A DNA stretch of 50,310 nucleotides from Acidobacteria bacterium 13_1_40CM_65_14 (GTDB taxonomy: Bacteria > Acidobacteriota > Vicinamibacteria > Vicinamibacterales > CAVVIG01), in NCBI GenBank assembly GCA_001917905.1, contig MNEX01000282.1:1-50310 (forward strand). Reading direction: 5' to 3'. Both the position numbers and the translations under genes were made by a program. Positions 8,901-16,685 of this stretch are shown here, in pieces. How positions within the stretch are numbered: position 1 is the first letter of the stretch; every line of letters starts with the position of its first letter. Below the pieces are notes generated by a model. That model was not told the origin of the DNA and ran no database searches. It worked only from the letters and a program-made list of their open reading frames with translations.

Positions 8901-9454
8901 AGGACGCCGAGCGCCGCGATCGCGAGGCCGACCGCGCGCGACACGCCACGATCCGACGGCGATCGCCCCTGCCGCTGGAGCCACCACACAACGGCGATCA
9001 CACCGGCGGCGGTGGTCATCGGCCCCGTGTCGCCGGCCGCGCCGCTCGAGGGCGAACCGGCGATCGCGCGGACGATCGCGACCGCGTAATGACCCGCCAC
9101 CGCCGCCGCGAGCGGACCGAGCGTCAGTCGATCGACGAGCAGCGCCGACGCCGCGAATTTGGCGGCGAGCGCCCCGAGCGTCTCGCGCACGCTTCCGTAG
9201 AGACCGCCCGGGACGAACAGCGCGCGCGCCTCGACGTCCGCGGCGCGCAGCATCATGCTGAGGACGACCGCCGCGAGCACGAACCACGGCGCCGGCGGTC
9301 CGATGAGCGCCCACGCGACGCCGCCGATGAAAAAGGCCGGACACCCGAGCTCGGTCAGCGCCCGCGCGGCGGCGCGCCAGACCGACACGTACGAGACCAG
9401 CGTCCTCGACGTGAGAATGACCCGAACGCGCGGCGGTGCCTGGAATCTGGTAAT
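5963..9454 (-). CDS. mgtE: APC-permease + USP-like domain + complete MgtE Mg2+ channel fusion
   Basis: The N-terminal ~700 aa align with the 740-aa APC paralog. From about nt 7320 come the MgtE N-domain, CBS pair ([28 protein letters not shown]) and TM part ([21 protein letters not shown]). The start is uncertain: the track start 9652 overlaps kdpE, while ATT 9454 has a GAGAGG SD. Confidence 0.85.
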   Translation of the reverse strand: MTRFQAPPRVRVILTSRTLVSYVSVWRAAARALTELGCPAFFIGGVAWALIGPPAPWFVLAAVVLSMMLRAADVEARALFVPGGLYGSVRETLGALAAKFAASALLVDRLTLGPLAAAVAGHYAVAIVRAIAGSPSSGAAGDTGPMTTAAGVIAVVWWLQRQGRSPSDRGVSRAVGLAIAALGVLVVWAAATIAFRDSGLSLLPSRPAAHPLWLAAALGYALPCLGGVDALGLAALDLEQPRIKNLLRVARLVGAYALFIIAASAFLVAGLVPEAERSAWTSAPLAALALTLAAPAWLRFTMLTAVAVAAVVFLAATVRAAATGGHGALARLVDEGVLGEGFRALHHRFGTPWRIIDATAVAQLAVLLVSDGDVGWLARVYAVAVVCSAVLKVAALVRYRFVRREPRAYRVPFNLTLRGVEWPIGLIALAVVLLVPGAGLLAALDPPSLAAAVLVIALALVLVVSERGLAAQPAAQTGLDEFQLLPSDDVDLRQVDARPGNFLVPVRKPHAMTHLVAALRAAGDRDVVAMTVRLVGVDVPDDPTVSPRATEDERRLLSAVIAVAEREGRAVRLMIVPGVNVFDSVVETAIRLDSSEIHVGESETLSADEQARLLGAAWERAAQDARADVRLIVHHPRGTTAAYHLGAHAPALQPEDFEHIHRLWLDVVRAVGPSVHHRDVVRAALIYMEQQLNGPNRDAILQLARETARPADELAAVIRERDFGRLRDMLRNQPASDLAPLLTDLSLDEQVVVFRILPRKQAAETFAYLSPDAQNALLKAMASEEAAALLNDMAPDDRTMFLEELPAEVTRQLLALLTPEERAVAVRLLGYPEGSIGRLMTPHYIAVRSDWSVAQVLDYIRAHGQDSETLNVIYVVDDRGLLIDDIRIREFLLTSPANLVSSLMDRRFVGLKATDDQETAVRVFRAEDRTALPVTDSAGILIGIVTVDDVLDVAEQEATEDIQRVGGSEALDEPYMQIAFRRMIQKRAGWLTALFLGEMLTATAMGAFEHEIEKAVVLALFVPLIISSGGNSGSQASTLVIRALALGEVTLGDWWRVMRREIGAGLALGGILGTIGFLRITVWSAFSTIYGAHWLLVAITVALALIGVVLWGTLVGSLLPFGLRRLGFDPAASSAPFVATLVDVTGLIIYFSVGLVILRGTLL

Positions 9455-9473
9455 GGCAGCCTCTCGCCAGTGG

Positions 9474-10184
9474 CTATTCTGACGGCGGCGGCGCCTCGGT
9501 CGCCAGCCGGTAGCCCACCCACGGCTCGCTGACGAGATACCGGGGCGCGGCAGGGTCGATCTCGATCTTCTTCCGGAGCTGCGCGACGAGCACCCACAGA
9601 TGCTCAGGTTGATCGACCGCGTTGGGTCCCCAGATGGCTTTGAGGATCGCACGGTGCGTCATCACGCGGTCGGGATTGCGCGCCATGAACGCCAGGAGCT
9701 CGAACTCCTTCGGCGTGAGTCGAATCTCCTCTTCGCCGCGCAGCACGCGGCGCCGGTCGTAGTCGATGGTCAGGTCCGTAATCTTCACGCGGCCGCTCTC
9801 GACCCGTTCCTCCGAGAGCAGCCGGCGCAGCCACACGCGAATACGTGCGAGGAGCTCCTCCGGTCCGAACGGCTTGGTGACGTAGTCGTCGGCGCCGAGA
9901 TCGAGCGCCGCCACTTTGTCCGCCTCGCGCCCGCGCGCCGAGAGAATAATGATCGGCAGCGACGAGGATTCGCGGACGCGCCGGCACACCTCGGTGCCTT
10001 CGATGTCGGGCAGACCCAGGTCGAGCACGATGAGATCGGGCGGATGCTCGGCAAACATCTTCAACGCGTCCGCGCCCGTGCCGGCGACGTCGAGGTCGTA
10101 TCCGCGCGATCGCAGCAGCGGCGCCAGCGCACGCTGAATCGACACCTCATCGTCGACGAGCAGAATACGCGCCGGATGCGTCAT
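9474..10184 (-). CDS. kdpE: OmpR-family response regulator KdpE
   Basis: Starts [13 protein letters not shown], with [17 protein letters not shown] and a winged helix ([22 protein letters not shown]). ATGA overlap with kdpD. The track ORF is over-extended. Confidence 0.93.
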   Translation of the reverse strand: MTHPARILLVDDEVSIQRALAPLLRSRGYDLDVAGTGADALKMFAEHPPDLIVLDLGLPDIEGTEVCRRVRESSSLPIIILSARGREADKVAALDLGADDYVTKPFGPEELLARIRVWLRRLLSEERVESGRVKITDLTIDYDRRRVLRGEEEIRLTPKEFELLAFMARNPDRVMTHRAILKAIWGPNAVDQPEHLWVLVAQLRKKIEIDPAAPRYLVSEPWVGYRLATEAPPPSE

Positions 10185-11704
10185 GCTTCCTGCGCCTCCG
10201 GCGGAAGGCGGACGCTGCCGGCCTCTTTGCGCTCGACCGGGACCGCTATCGTGAACTGCGCGCCGCCATCGCCGCAATTCTCCGCCCAGATGCGTCCGCG
10301 CTCGACCGCGAGCAGGCCCCGCGCAATCGACAGACCCATGCCCGTCCCGGAGACGGTCCGCGACTGAGCGCCTCTGTAGAACCGATCGAAGAGGCGCGGC
10401 AGATCGGCCGCCGCGATGCCGGCCCCGCGATCGCGCACCGCGATGACGAGCTCCTGATCCACCACCCGCGTCATGACGGTGATGGACGATCCCGCCGGCG
10501 AGTAGCGCGCCGCATTCTCGAGCAGGTGCGCGAGCGCCGCCGCCGTCAGCCGCGGATCGAGCCGAACGAGCATGTCGTCGCCGGCCACCGTCTCGACGTG
10601 ATGCCGGTTCAGCGTGTGCTCCACCTGCTCGCGCGCGGCGTCGACGATTTGCGAGGGATGGACCCACTGCGGCTCGGTCGACACGGCGCCCGCGTCGATG
10701 CGCGCCATGTCGAGGATGTCCTCGAACAACCGCGTCAGCCGCTCGACCTCGGTGAGCACGATGTCGCTCTGCTCGCGCCGCTCCGCTTCGCCGAGCCACG
10801 ACGCCTGGAGATTGCTGGCGGCGACGCGGATGGCCGTCAGCGGCGTGCGGAGGTCGTGTCCGAGCGAAGCCAGCAGCGCCGATTTCAACTCTTCGCTCTG
10901 GCGCGCGAGCTCGGCGGCCTTGCGCTCCTCGAGAAACTGCGCGCGCTCGATGGCGATGGCCGCCACGCCGCCGAGCGCGTCGAGCGATCCCGGATCGACG
11001 GGACGGCCCGCCGCCGCGAGGACGCCGATCGGTTTCGTGCCGAGCCGCAGCGGCACGATGCGCACCTCCCGATCGCCGGCGATCATCGTGCGATGTCCAA
11101 CGTAGGTCCTGTTGCGCGCGTCGAACTCGAGCACCCCCTCGGCGCTGGCGAGCGCGAGCGCCAGCTGTTTGGTGTCGAGGGACACAGAGACCGAGCCGCC
11201 TTCCCCGATCTCCCACCCGCCGCCTCGCGGCAGACAGACCGCGACGTACTCGAGATCGAATCGGCGCGCAATGAACCGTGCGAGCAGCGCCGGCGCGTCG
11301 CGGCTCTCGGTCATCAGCAGGACGTCGCGACTCAAATCGAAGAGCCGTGCGACCTCGTCTCGCCGGGCCATCGCCTCGTGGGTGCGCGCGCGCGCGACCG
11401 ACGAGAGGTTGCTGGCGACGAGGCTCACCGCCAGGAACGCGATGAGCGCCACCCAGTTCTGCGGATCCGCAATCGTGAGCGCGCCGACCGGCGGCAGAAA
11501 GAAGAAGTTGAAGCACAACATCGCCGCGATCGACGTGATCACCGCCACCAGCAGTCGAGACGTGGCCGCCACGACGAGCACGACCAGCAGGAATGTCATG
11601 GCGACGGTCGTGTGGTTGGTCACGCCGAGCCAGCCCGCGTAGAGCGTCGTCACGGCAGCGATCGCAGCAAGCGCCGCCGCCACACGAATGGCGTCCCGGG
11701 TCAT
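10181..11704 (-). CDS. kdpD: KdpD-type sensor kinase lacking the N-terminal KdpD/USP domains
   Basis: Begins directly with the 4-TM DUF4118-like region (FNFFFLPP..LTIADPQNW), then a GAF-like region, HisKA (GHDLRTPLT) and HATPase (ENAARYS, DRGAGI, GTGMGLSI). Confidence 0.88.
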   Translation of the reverse strand: MTRDAIRVAAALAAIAAVTTLYAGWLGVTNHTTVAMTFLLVVLVVAATSRLLVAVITSIAAMLCFNFFFLPPVGALTIADPQNWVALIAFLAVSLVASNLSSVARARTHEAMARRDEVARLFDLSRDVLLMTESRDAPALLARFIARRFDLEYVAVCLPRGGGWEIGEGGSVSVSLDTKQLALALASAEGVLEFDARNRTYVGHRTMIAGDREVRIVPLRLGTKPIGVLAAAGRPVDPGSLDALGGVAAIAIERAQFLEERKAAELARQSEELKSALLASLGHDLRTPLTAIRVAASNLQASWLGEAERREQSDIVLTEVERLTRLFEDILDMARIDAGAVSTEPQWVHPSQIVDAAREQVEHTLNRHHVETVAGDDMLVRLDPRLTAAALAHLLENAARYSPAGSSITVMTRVVDQELVIAVRDRGAGIAAADLPRLFDRFYRGAQSRTVSGTGMGLSIARGLLAVERGRIWAENCGDGGAQFTIAVPVERKEAGSVRLPPEAQEA

Positions 11705-11708
11705 CGCG

Positions 11709-13547
11709 TCAATGCTGAAGGTGAAATGGCACGCTCGTGACGACCGTGTTCGGTTTGAACAGGAGGGCCCCCTTGATCAGCAGCGCGCGCTGGTTGTGAA
11801 AGAGATGATGCCACCATCGCGCCGGAACGAACTCGGGCAGGACAATCGTGACGTAATCTTCGGGGTGTTCGCCAGAGACCTGACCGACGTACTCGAGCAG
11901 CGGCTCCATCAGGGAGCGGTACGGCGATTCGAGGACGACGAGCGGCACGCCTTCTCCCCATCGTTCCCACTCTTTTTTGACCTGCTCGGTCGAGGCGGCA
12001 TCGATATTCACATAGATGGCCCGAACGTCGGGCGAGAGCGTCTTCGCGTAGTCGAGTGCCTCGACGACCGAACGATAAATGCCGCCGATCGGTACGATCA
12101 CCGTGTTGCGGCGCGGCCCCGGCGATTTCCATCCCTTGATCGACAACTGAGCGGCGACACCGTCGTAGTGTTTCCGGGTCATGCGGAAGAACAGGACGTT
12201 CAACGGGATCAAGAGGAGGATGATCCAGGCACCCTCGAGCGTCTTGGTGGTCGCCACGACGAGGAGCACGATCCCGGTGACGAGGGCTCCGAGGCCGTTG
12301 ATGAAGGCGCTCGTCCGCCATCCGGGCCCGCGCAGGCGCCGCCAATGGATGACCATTCCGGCCTGCGAGAGCGTGAACGACACGAACACGCCAATCATGT
12401 AGAGCGGAATCAGCGCGTGGGTATCGCCTCCGAAGGCGATGAGGAGGACGGCGGCCAACACACTGAGGCCCACAATCCCATTCGAGAACGCGAGCCGGTC
12501 TCCCTGGTTCATGAACTGCCGTGGAAGATAGCGATCGCGCGCGAGGATGGAGGCGAGCCGCGGAAAATCCGCGTACGCCGTGTTCGCGGCGAGCACCAGG
12601 ATCAACATCGTTCCGGCCTGCACGGCGTAGTACGCGAAGCCACGACTGCCAAACACGCCGCGCGCGAGCTGCGACACCACTGTTTCCTGTTCACTCGGAA
12701 CAATGTGGTACACGTGCGCCAGCAGCGTGATGCCGAGAAACATCGTGATCGCCAACACCACCATCATCAGCATGGTCGCGGCCGCGTTCTTGGATTCGGG
12801 CGGTTTGAACGCGGGCACGCCGTTCGACACCGCCTCGACGCCGGTCATGGCGGTGCAGCCATTGGAGAACGCCGTGAGGAGCAGGAACAGGCCCAAGGTC
12901 GCGCCTGTGGACGCCACCGGCGCGACGGCTGTGACCGGGGATACCGTCCCAGTCGCCACGCGCCAGATCCCCACTGCGATCAACAGCAGGATCGACACGA
13001 CGAAAAAGTACGTCGGCGCCGCGAAGATCTGTCCCGACTCGCGGATGCCCCGCAGGTTTCCGAGCATCAGCACGACGACGAACGCCAGCGTCAGCTCGAC
13101 GCGGTTCACGTGCCACTGCGGAAAAGCCGACGTGATCGCGGCCACGCCGGCCGCGATGCTGACCGCGACGGTGAGGACGTAATCGATCAGCAGCGATGCC
13201 GCGGCGACGAGCGCCGACGTTTCCCCGATGTTGTCTTTCGCGACGATGTACGCGCCGCCACCACTCGGATACGCGTAGATGGTCTGCCTATACGAGAAGA
13301 CGACCACGGCGAGAATCGCCGCGATGATGAACGCGATCGGGCTCGCGATGCTGAGCGCGCCGGCCCCTGCGAGAATCAGGACGCGCAGGATCTCTTCTGT
13401 CGCGTACGCGACCGACGAGAGCGGGTCCGACGAGAGCACAGCGAGACCCGTGACTCGCGACAGGCGTTCGTGGTGCGCCAGGTGTGACGGGATTGGTTTT
13501 CCGACGATGAAGCGCTTGAATTGGGAGAGGAGCCCTTCTTCGGGCAT
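11709..13547 (-). CDS. kimA: KimA/YdaO-like K+ transporter (APC/KUP family)
   Basis: 612 aa with KRFIVGKP, LSSDPLSSVAYATEEI, YPSGGGAY, TGVEAVSNG, LIPLY and SPYRS, the motif layout recalled for B. subtilis KimA. Preceded by a ydaO riboswitch. Confidence 0.88.
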   Translation of the reverse strand: MPEEGLLSQFKRFIVGKPIPSHLAHHERLSRVTGLAVLSSDPLSSVAYATEEILRVLILAGAGALSIASPIAFIIAAILAVVVFSYRQTIYAYPSGGGAYIVAKDNIGETSALVAAASLLIDYVLTVAVSIAAGVAAITSAFPQWHVNRVELTLAFVVVLMLGNLRGIRESGQIFAAPTYFFVVSILLLIAVGIWRVATGTVSPVTAVAPVASTGATLGLFLLLTAFSNGCTAMTGVEAVSNGVPAFKPPESKNAAATMLMMVVLAITMFLGITLLAHVYHIVPSEQETVVSQLARGVFGSRGFAYYAVQAGTMLILVLAANTAYADFPRLASILARDRYLPRQFMNQGDRLAFSNGIVGLSVLAAVLLIAFGGDTHALIPLYMIGVFVSFTLSQAGMVIHWRRLRGPGWRTSAFINGLGALVTGIVLLVVATTKTLEGAWIILLLIPLNVLFFRMTRKHYDGVAAQLSIKGWKSPGPRRNTVIVPIGGIYRSVVEALDYAKTLSPDVRAIYVNIDAASTEQVKKEWERWGEGVPLVVLESPYRSLMEPLLEYVGQVSGEHPEDYVTIVLPEFVPARWWHHLFHNQRALLIKGALLFKPNTVVTSVPFHLQH

Positions 13548-13552
13548 GGCGG

Positions 13553-13680
13553 ACCTTCCAACACGCCGGCGGGGTTAGCTGACGGGCTCGGACTCGGAAG
13601 TGTCCTACGGCGCCGCGGCGCCGATACGCCCCATGAAGCTCGGGTCCCCCGCGTCCTGCGAGTGGCGCAGGACTTAGGCC
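13553..13680 (-). ncRNA. c-di-AMP riboswitch (ydaO-yuaA class)
   Basis: The minus strand reads ...GCGGGGGACCC...GGGGCGUAUC...GUAGG...CCGAGCCCGUCAGCUAACCCCGCCGGCG...GGAAG, matching the ydaO consensus blocks. A -10 TAAGAT is at 13692-13687. Confidence 0.9.
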
Positions 13681-13718
13681 ACCTTTATCTTACGCCCGGG
13701 CAGCCCTGAAGGGCCGCG

Positions 13719-15176
13719 CTACTTTCTTCCTTGTTTCTTCCGGCGGCGTACCTGAACGCGAATGGGCGATCCGACGAAGCCGAATTTCTGCCTGAGCTGG
13801 TTGATCAGGAATCGCTCGTAGGAGAAATGAAACGTCGTCGCGACGTTGGTGAAGAAGACGAACGACGGCGGGGCGATTCCTATCTGAGCTGCGTAGAGGA
13901 TGCGGACGTGCTTGCGGCCGGGACTGACAGGCGGATTCGCCGCGGTGATTTCTTCGAGCCACTTGTTCAGCGCGGGCGTCGGAATCCGCTGCCGGCGTGA
14001 TGCCGCGATCTTGTCGATCGTTTCGATCAATTTCGGCGCGCGCTCACCGGTCAGCGCGGAGATGTGGAGAATCGGCGCGTAGTCCAGAAATCGCATCTTG
14101 AACCGGAGGTCGTCGTCGAACTTCTTGGCGAAGTTCCTCTCCTGACTCTTCACCAGATCCCACTTGTTCGCGACGATGACGATGCCGCGGCCCGCGCGGT
14201 CCACTTCCCCGCCAATCGCCGCGTCTTGATCCGTCGCGCCTTCGTTGGCGTCGATGAGGAGCGCGACGACGTCCGCGTCGGCGATGGCCTCTTTCGCGAG
14301 CGCGACGCTGACGAACTCAACTTTGCCTCCAGCGCTTCCACCCTTTCCGCCGCCGACGCGTCCCGGCCGCCGCATGCCCGCCGTGTCGACGATTCGGAAT
14401 CGGCGGCGATGCCACATCAGCGGAACGTCGATCGCATCGCGCGTGGTCCCCGGCATAGCGCTGACCAGCACGCGCTCCTCGCGCAGCAGTCGATTGACGA
14501 GCGACGATTTGCCGACGTTCGGTCGCCCGACGATCGCCACGCGTGTTTCCTGCGGTGTCTCCGCGGGGCCGACACCTGGGTCGGCCCCTACGAAGTCGGC
14601 GTGGTCGGCGCGTACGGTGCCGGTGTGGTCGGCCCGTACGGTATCCGTGTAGGGGCGGACCCGCATGTCCGCGGCTCGCAGTCGTTCAACGATCGCATCG
14701 AGCAATTCTGCGACGCCGTGCCCATGTTCCGCGGAAATCTCCAAGACGGGATCGAAGCCGAATTCGAAAAAGTCCGTCGCCGATGCGCGCGCACGCTTGT
14801 CGTCGGTCTTGTTGATGGCGACGAGAACTGGACGGCCGGTTTGCCGCAGATCGCTCGCGATGCGCTCGTCGCCCGACACGAGACCCTCGCGTCCGTCGAC
14901 CAGCATCACGAGGAGATCCGCTCCCGCAATCGCACGCTGGCCTTGCTCGACCACCAGCTCGTGCAGCGGATCTTCGCTCGCGCCGAACAACCCGCCGGTG
15001 TCGAACAGATCGAACCGCGTCCCGCGCCATTCGACCGGCCGCGTGAGCGCATCGCGCGTGGTGCCGGCCACCGGGGCGACGATCGCGCGACGACTGCCAG
15101 TCATTCGGTTGAAAAGCGTGGATTTCCCCACGTTCGGGCGACCGACCAGCACGACAGACGCGAGTTTTCCGGCCAT
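13719..15176 (-). CDS. der: Ribosome biogenesis GTPase Der/EngA
   Basis: Two GRPNVGKS G-domains, DTGG/DTAG, NKTD/NKWD and a KH-like C-terminus. Confidence 0.97.
   Translation of the reverse strand: MAGKLASVVLVGRPNVGKSTLFNRMTGSRRAIVAPVAGTTRDALTRPVEWRGTRFDLFDTGGLFGASEDPLHELVVEQGQRAIAGADLLVMLVDGREGLVSGDERIASDLRQTGRPVLVAINKTDDKRARASATDFFEFGFDPVLEISAEHGHGVAELLDAIVERLRAADMRVRPYTDTVRADHTGTVRADHADFVGADPGVGPAETPQETRVAIVGRPNVGKSSLVNRLLREERVLVSAMPGTTRDAIDVPLMWHRRRFRIVDTAGMRRPGRVGGGKGGSAGGKVEFVSVALAKEAIADADVVALLIDANEGATDQDAAIGGEVDRAGRGIVIVANKWDLVKSQERNFAKKFDDDLRFKMRFLDYAPILHISALTGERAPKLIETIDKIAASRRQRIPTPALNKWLEEITAANPPVSPGRKHVRILYAAQIGIAPPSFVFFTNVATTFHFSYERFLINQLRQKFGFVGSPIRVQVRRRKKQGRK
14565..14672. 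repeat. GTAG-type REP cluster inserted in frame in the der linker
   Basis: ggggccgacacctgggtcggcccctac (14565-14591) and gtaggggcggacccgcatgtccgc (14649-14672), with degenerate units between them. Confidence 0.75.
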
Positions 15177-15201
15177 TTTGTGACGTAACTTAGCCTGAGC
15201 C

Positions 15202-15230
15202 TTGACAGCGTAAGTCTCAGTATTTATAGT
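15202..15230 (+). promoter_or_regulatory. Sigma70 promoter of the HU gene
   Basis: TTGACA (15202), 17-nt spacer, TATAGT (15225). AGGAG SD at 15245. Confidence 0.8.
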
Positions 15231-15258
15231 ATTTACAAGCCTTCAGGAGACTCTAAGC

Positions 15259-15528
15259 ATGATCAAGGTCGACATCGTCAACGAAGTGTCGAAAATCGCC
15301 GACATCACCAAGGTCAAGGCCGAGGTGGCCGTCGACGCCGTCTTCGACGCGATGCGGACCTCGATGCAGCGTGGCGAGCGGATCGAGCTGCGCGGATTCG
15401 GAGTCTTTCAGGTGAAGCCACGCAAGCGCGGCATCGGCCGCAACCCGCGCACCGGTAAAGAGGTGCGCATCCCGCCAGGCCGGACCATCCGGTTCAAGCC
15501 GGGTAAAGATCTCCAGAACATCGGCTAG
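15259..15528 (+). CDS. HU/IHF-family DNA-binding protein
   Basis: 89 aa with IELRGFGVF, GRNPRTG and RFKPGK. Confidence 0.96.
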   Translation: MIKVDIVNEVSKIADITKVKAEVAVDAVFDAMRTSMQRGERIELRGFGVFQVKPRKRGIGRNPRTGKEVRIPPGRTIRFKPGKDLQNIG

Positions 15529-15637
15529 TGGAGCGTCTCCTCGAATTCATGACCGGGCCGCTCCGTTGTCGCGGCCCGAAAATCGCGGTCGAAGGCTTGT
15601 TGTGAATACTACTGAATCAGCTGAGACGGTCCGCTAG
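15525..15637. mobile_element. MITE with CTAG-bounded terminal inverted repeats (IS630-like ends)
   Basis: The left end CTAGTGGAGCGTCTC matches the reverse complement of the right end, CTAGCGGACCGTCTC, at 13/15. A second copy lies at 27610-27762. Confidence 0.72.
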
Positions 15638-15656
15638 AACGAGTACTCTTTCTTCG

Positions 15657-16604
15657 TTGGAACCCGCGCGCGACGAACCCGATCGGCTGACGCCGCCCAT
15701 GGTGTGGCAGTCGCGGCCCAAGTTCCAGGACCGCGTCTGGGTGAACGTCGTCCTCCTGCTCCTGACCATCGCGACGACGACAGATATAGGCCGGGCCTAT
15801 TACGCCGGGTTCGTCGCGGGCTTCGGCGGCACCGCGCCGGCGATGTCCGCGGTCAGTTTGATCGTCCACGGTTTCTGGTACAGCGGAACCGTGCTCGCGA
15901 TTCTTGGCTGCCACGAGCTCGGGCACTACATCGCGTGCCGGTATTATGACGTCGACGCGTCGCTCCCGTTCTTTCTGCCCTTCCCGTTCATTATCAGCGG
16001 CACGCTCGGCGCGTTCATCCGAATCCGCGAACCGGTCCCGCAGAAGCGGATCTTGTTCGACATCGGCATCGCCGGTCCGATCGCCGGATTCCTGGTCGCG
16101 GTGCCGGCGCTGTTCATCGGCATCGCGATGTCGAATCTCGTGCGCCTGCCCGATCCGTTGCCGCCGGGGACGCTCATGTTCGGCGAGCCGTTGATCTACA
16201 AAATCGCGTCGCGCCTGCTGTGGGGCACACTGCCGTCCGGGTACGATCTCAATCTGCATCCGATGGCGTTCGGCGCGTGGTTCGGTTTGCTGGCGACGGC
16301 ACTGAATCTGTTTCCCGTGAGTCAACTCGATGGCGGCCACATTTCCTACGCGGTGTTGGGACGCAAATCCTCGTACGTCACCCTCGCGGCGATCGGCGTC
16401 GGCATCGCGCTGAGCTTCCTCGCGCGGAGCTGGATCGTGTGGTCGGTGTTGATGATCATCATGCTGAGCGTCATCGGACGGCACCATCCACCGGTGTTCG
16501 ACGAGGAGATACCGCTCGATCGCGCGCGGCTGTGGCTGGCGCTGTTCGCGCTGGTTATGTTCATTCTGTGCTTCATGCCGGTGCCTCTGGACTTCATCCG
16601 GTAG
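15657..16604 (+). CDS. Site-2 protease (M50) family membrane metalloprotease
   Basis: HELGH, IAGP and NLFPVSQLDGGH. The start may be ATG 15699. Confidence 0.93.
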   Translation: MEPARDEPDRLTPPMVWQSRPKFQDRVWVNVVLLLLTIATTTDIGRAYYAGFVAGFGGTAPAMSAVSLIVHGFWYSGTVLAILGCHELGHYIACRYYDVDASLPFFLPFPFIISGTLGAFIRIREPVPQKRILFDIGIAGPIAGFLVAVPALFIGIAMSNLVRLPDPLPPGTLMFGEPLIYKIASRLLWGTLPSGYDLNLHPMAFGAWFGLLATALNLFPVSQLDGGHISYAVLGRKSSYVTLAAIGVGIALSFLARSWIVWSVLMIIMLSVIGRHHPPVFDEEIPLDRARLWLALFALVMFILCFMPVPLDFIR

Positions 16605-16685
16605 ATCGTTTTTCGATTCGTGTCACGCCGCTGAACCAACGTCGCGGATCACGCACGCCGCTGACGAGAAAAAGGCTTTAGGTTC

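Noticed and set aside
9455-9652. Track N-terminus of the 1229-aa fusion
   Set aside because: It overlaps the kdpE 3' end and shows no similarity to the APC paralog.
10185-11516. Apparent 680-aa response regulator with a long N-terminal extension
   Set aside because: The extension overlaps kdpD in another frame. The receiver domain starts at ATG 10184 with ATGA coupling.
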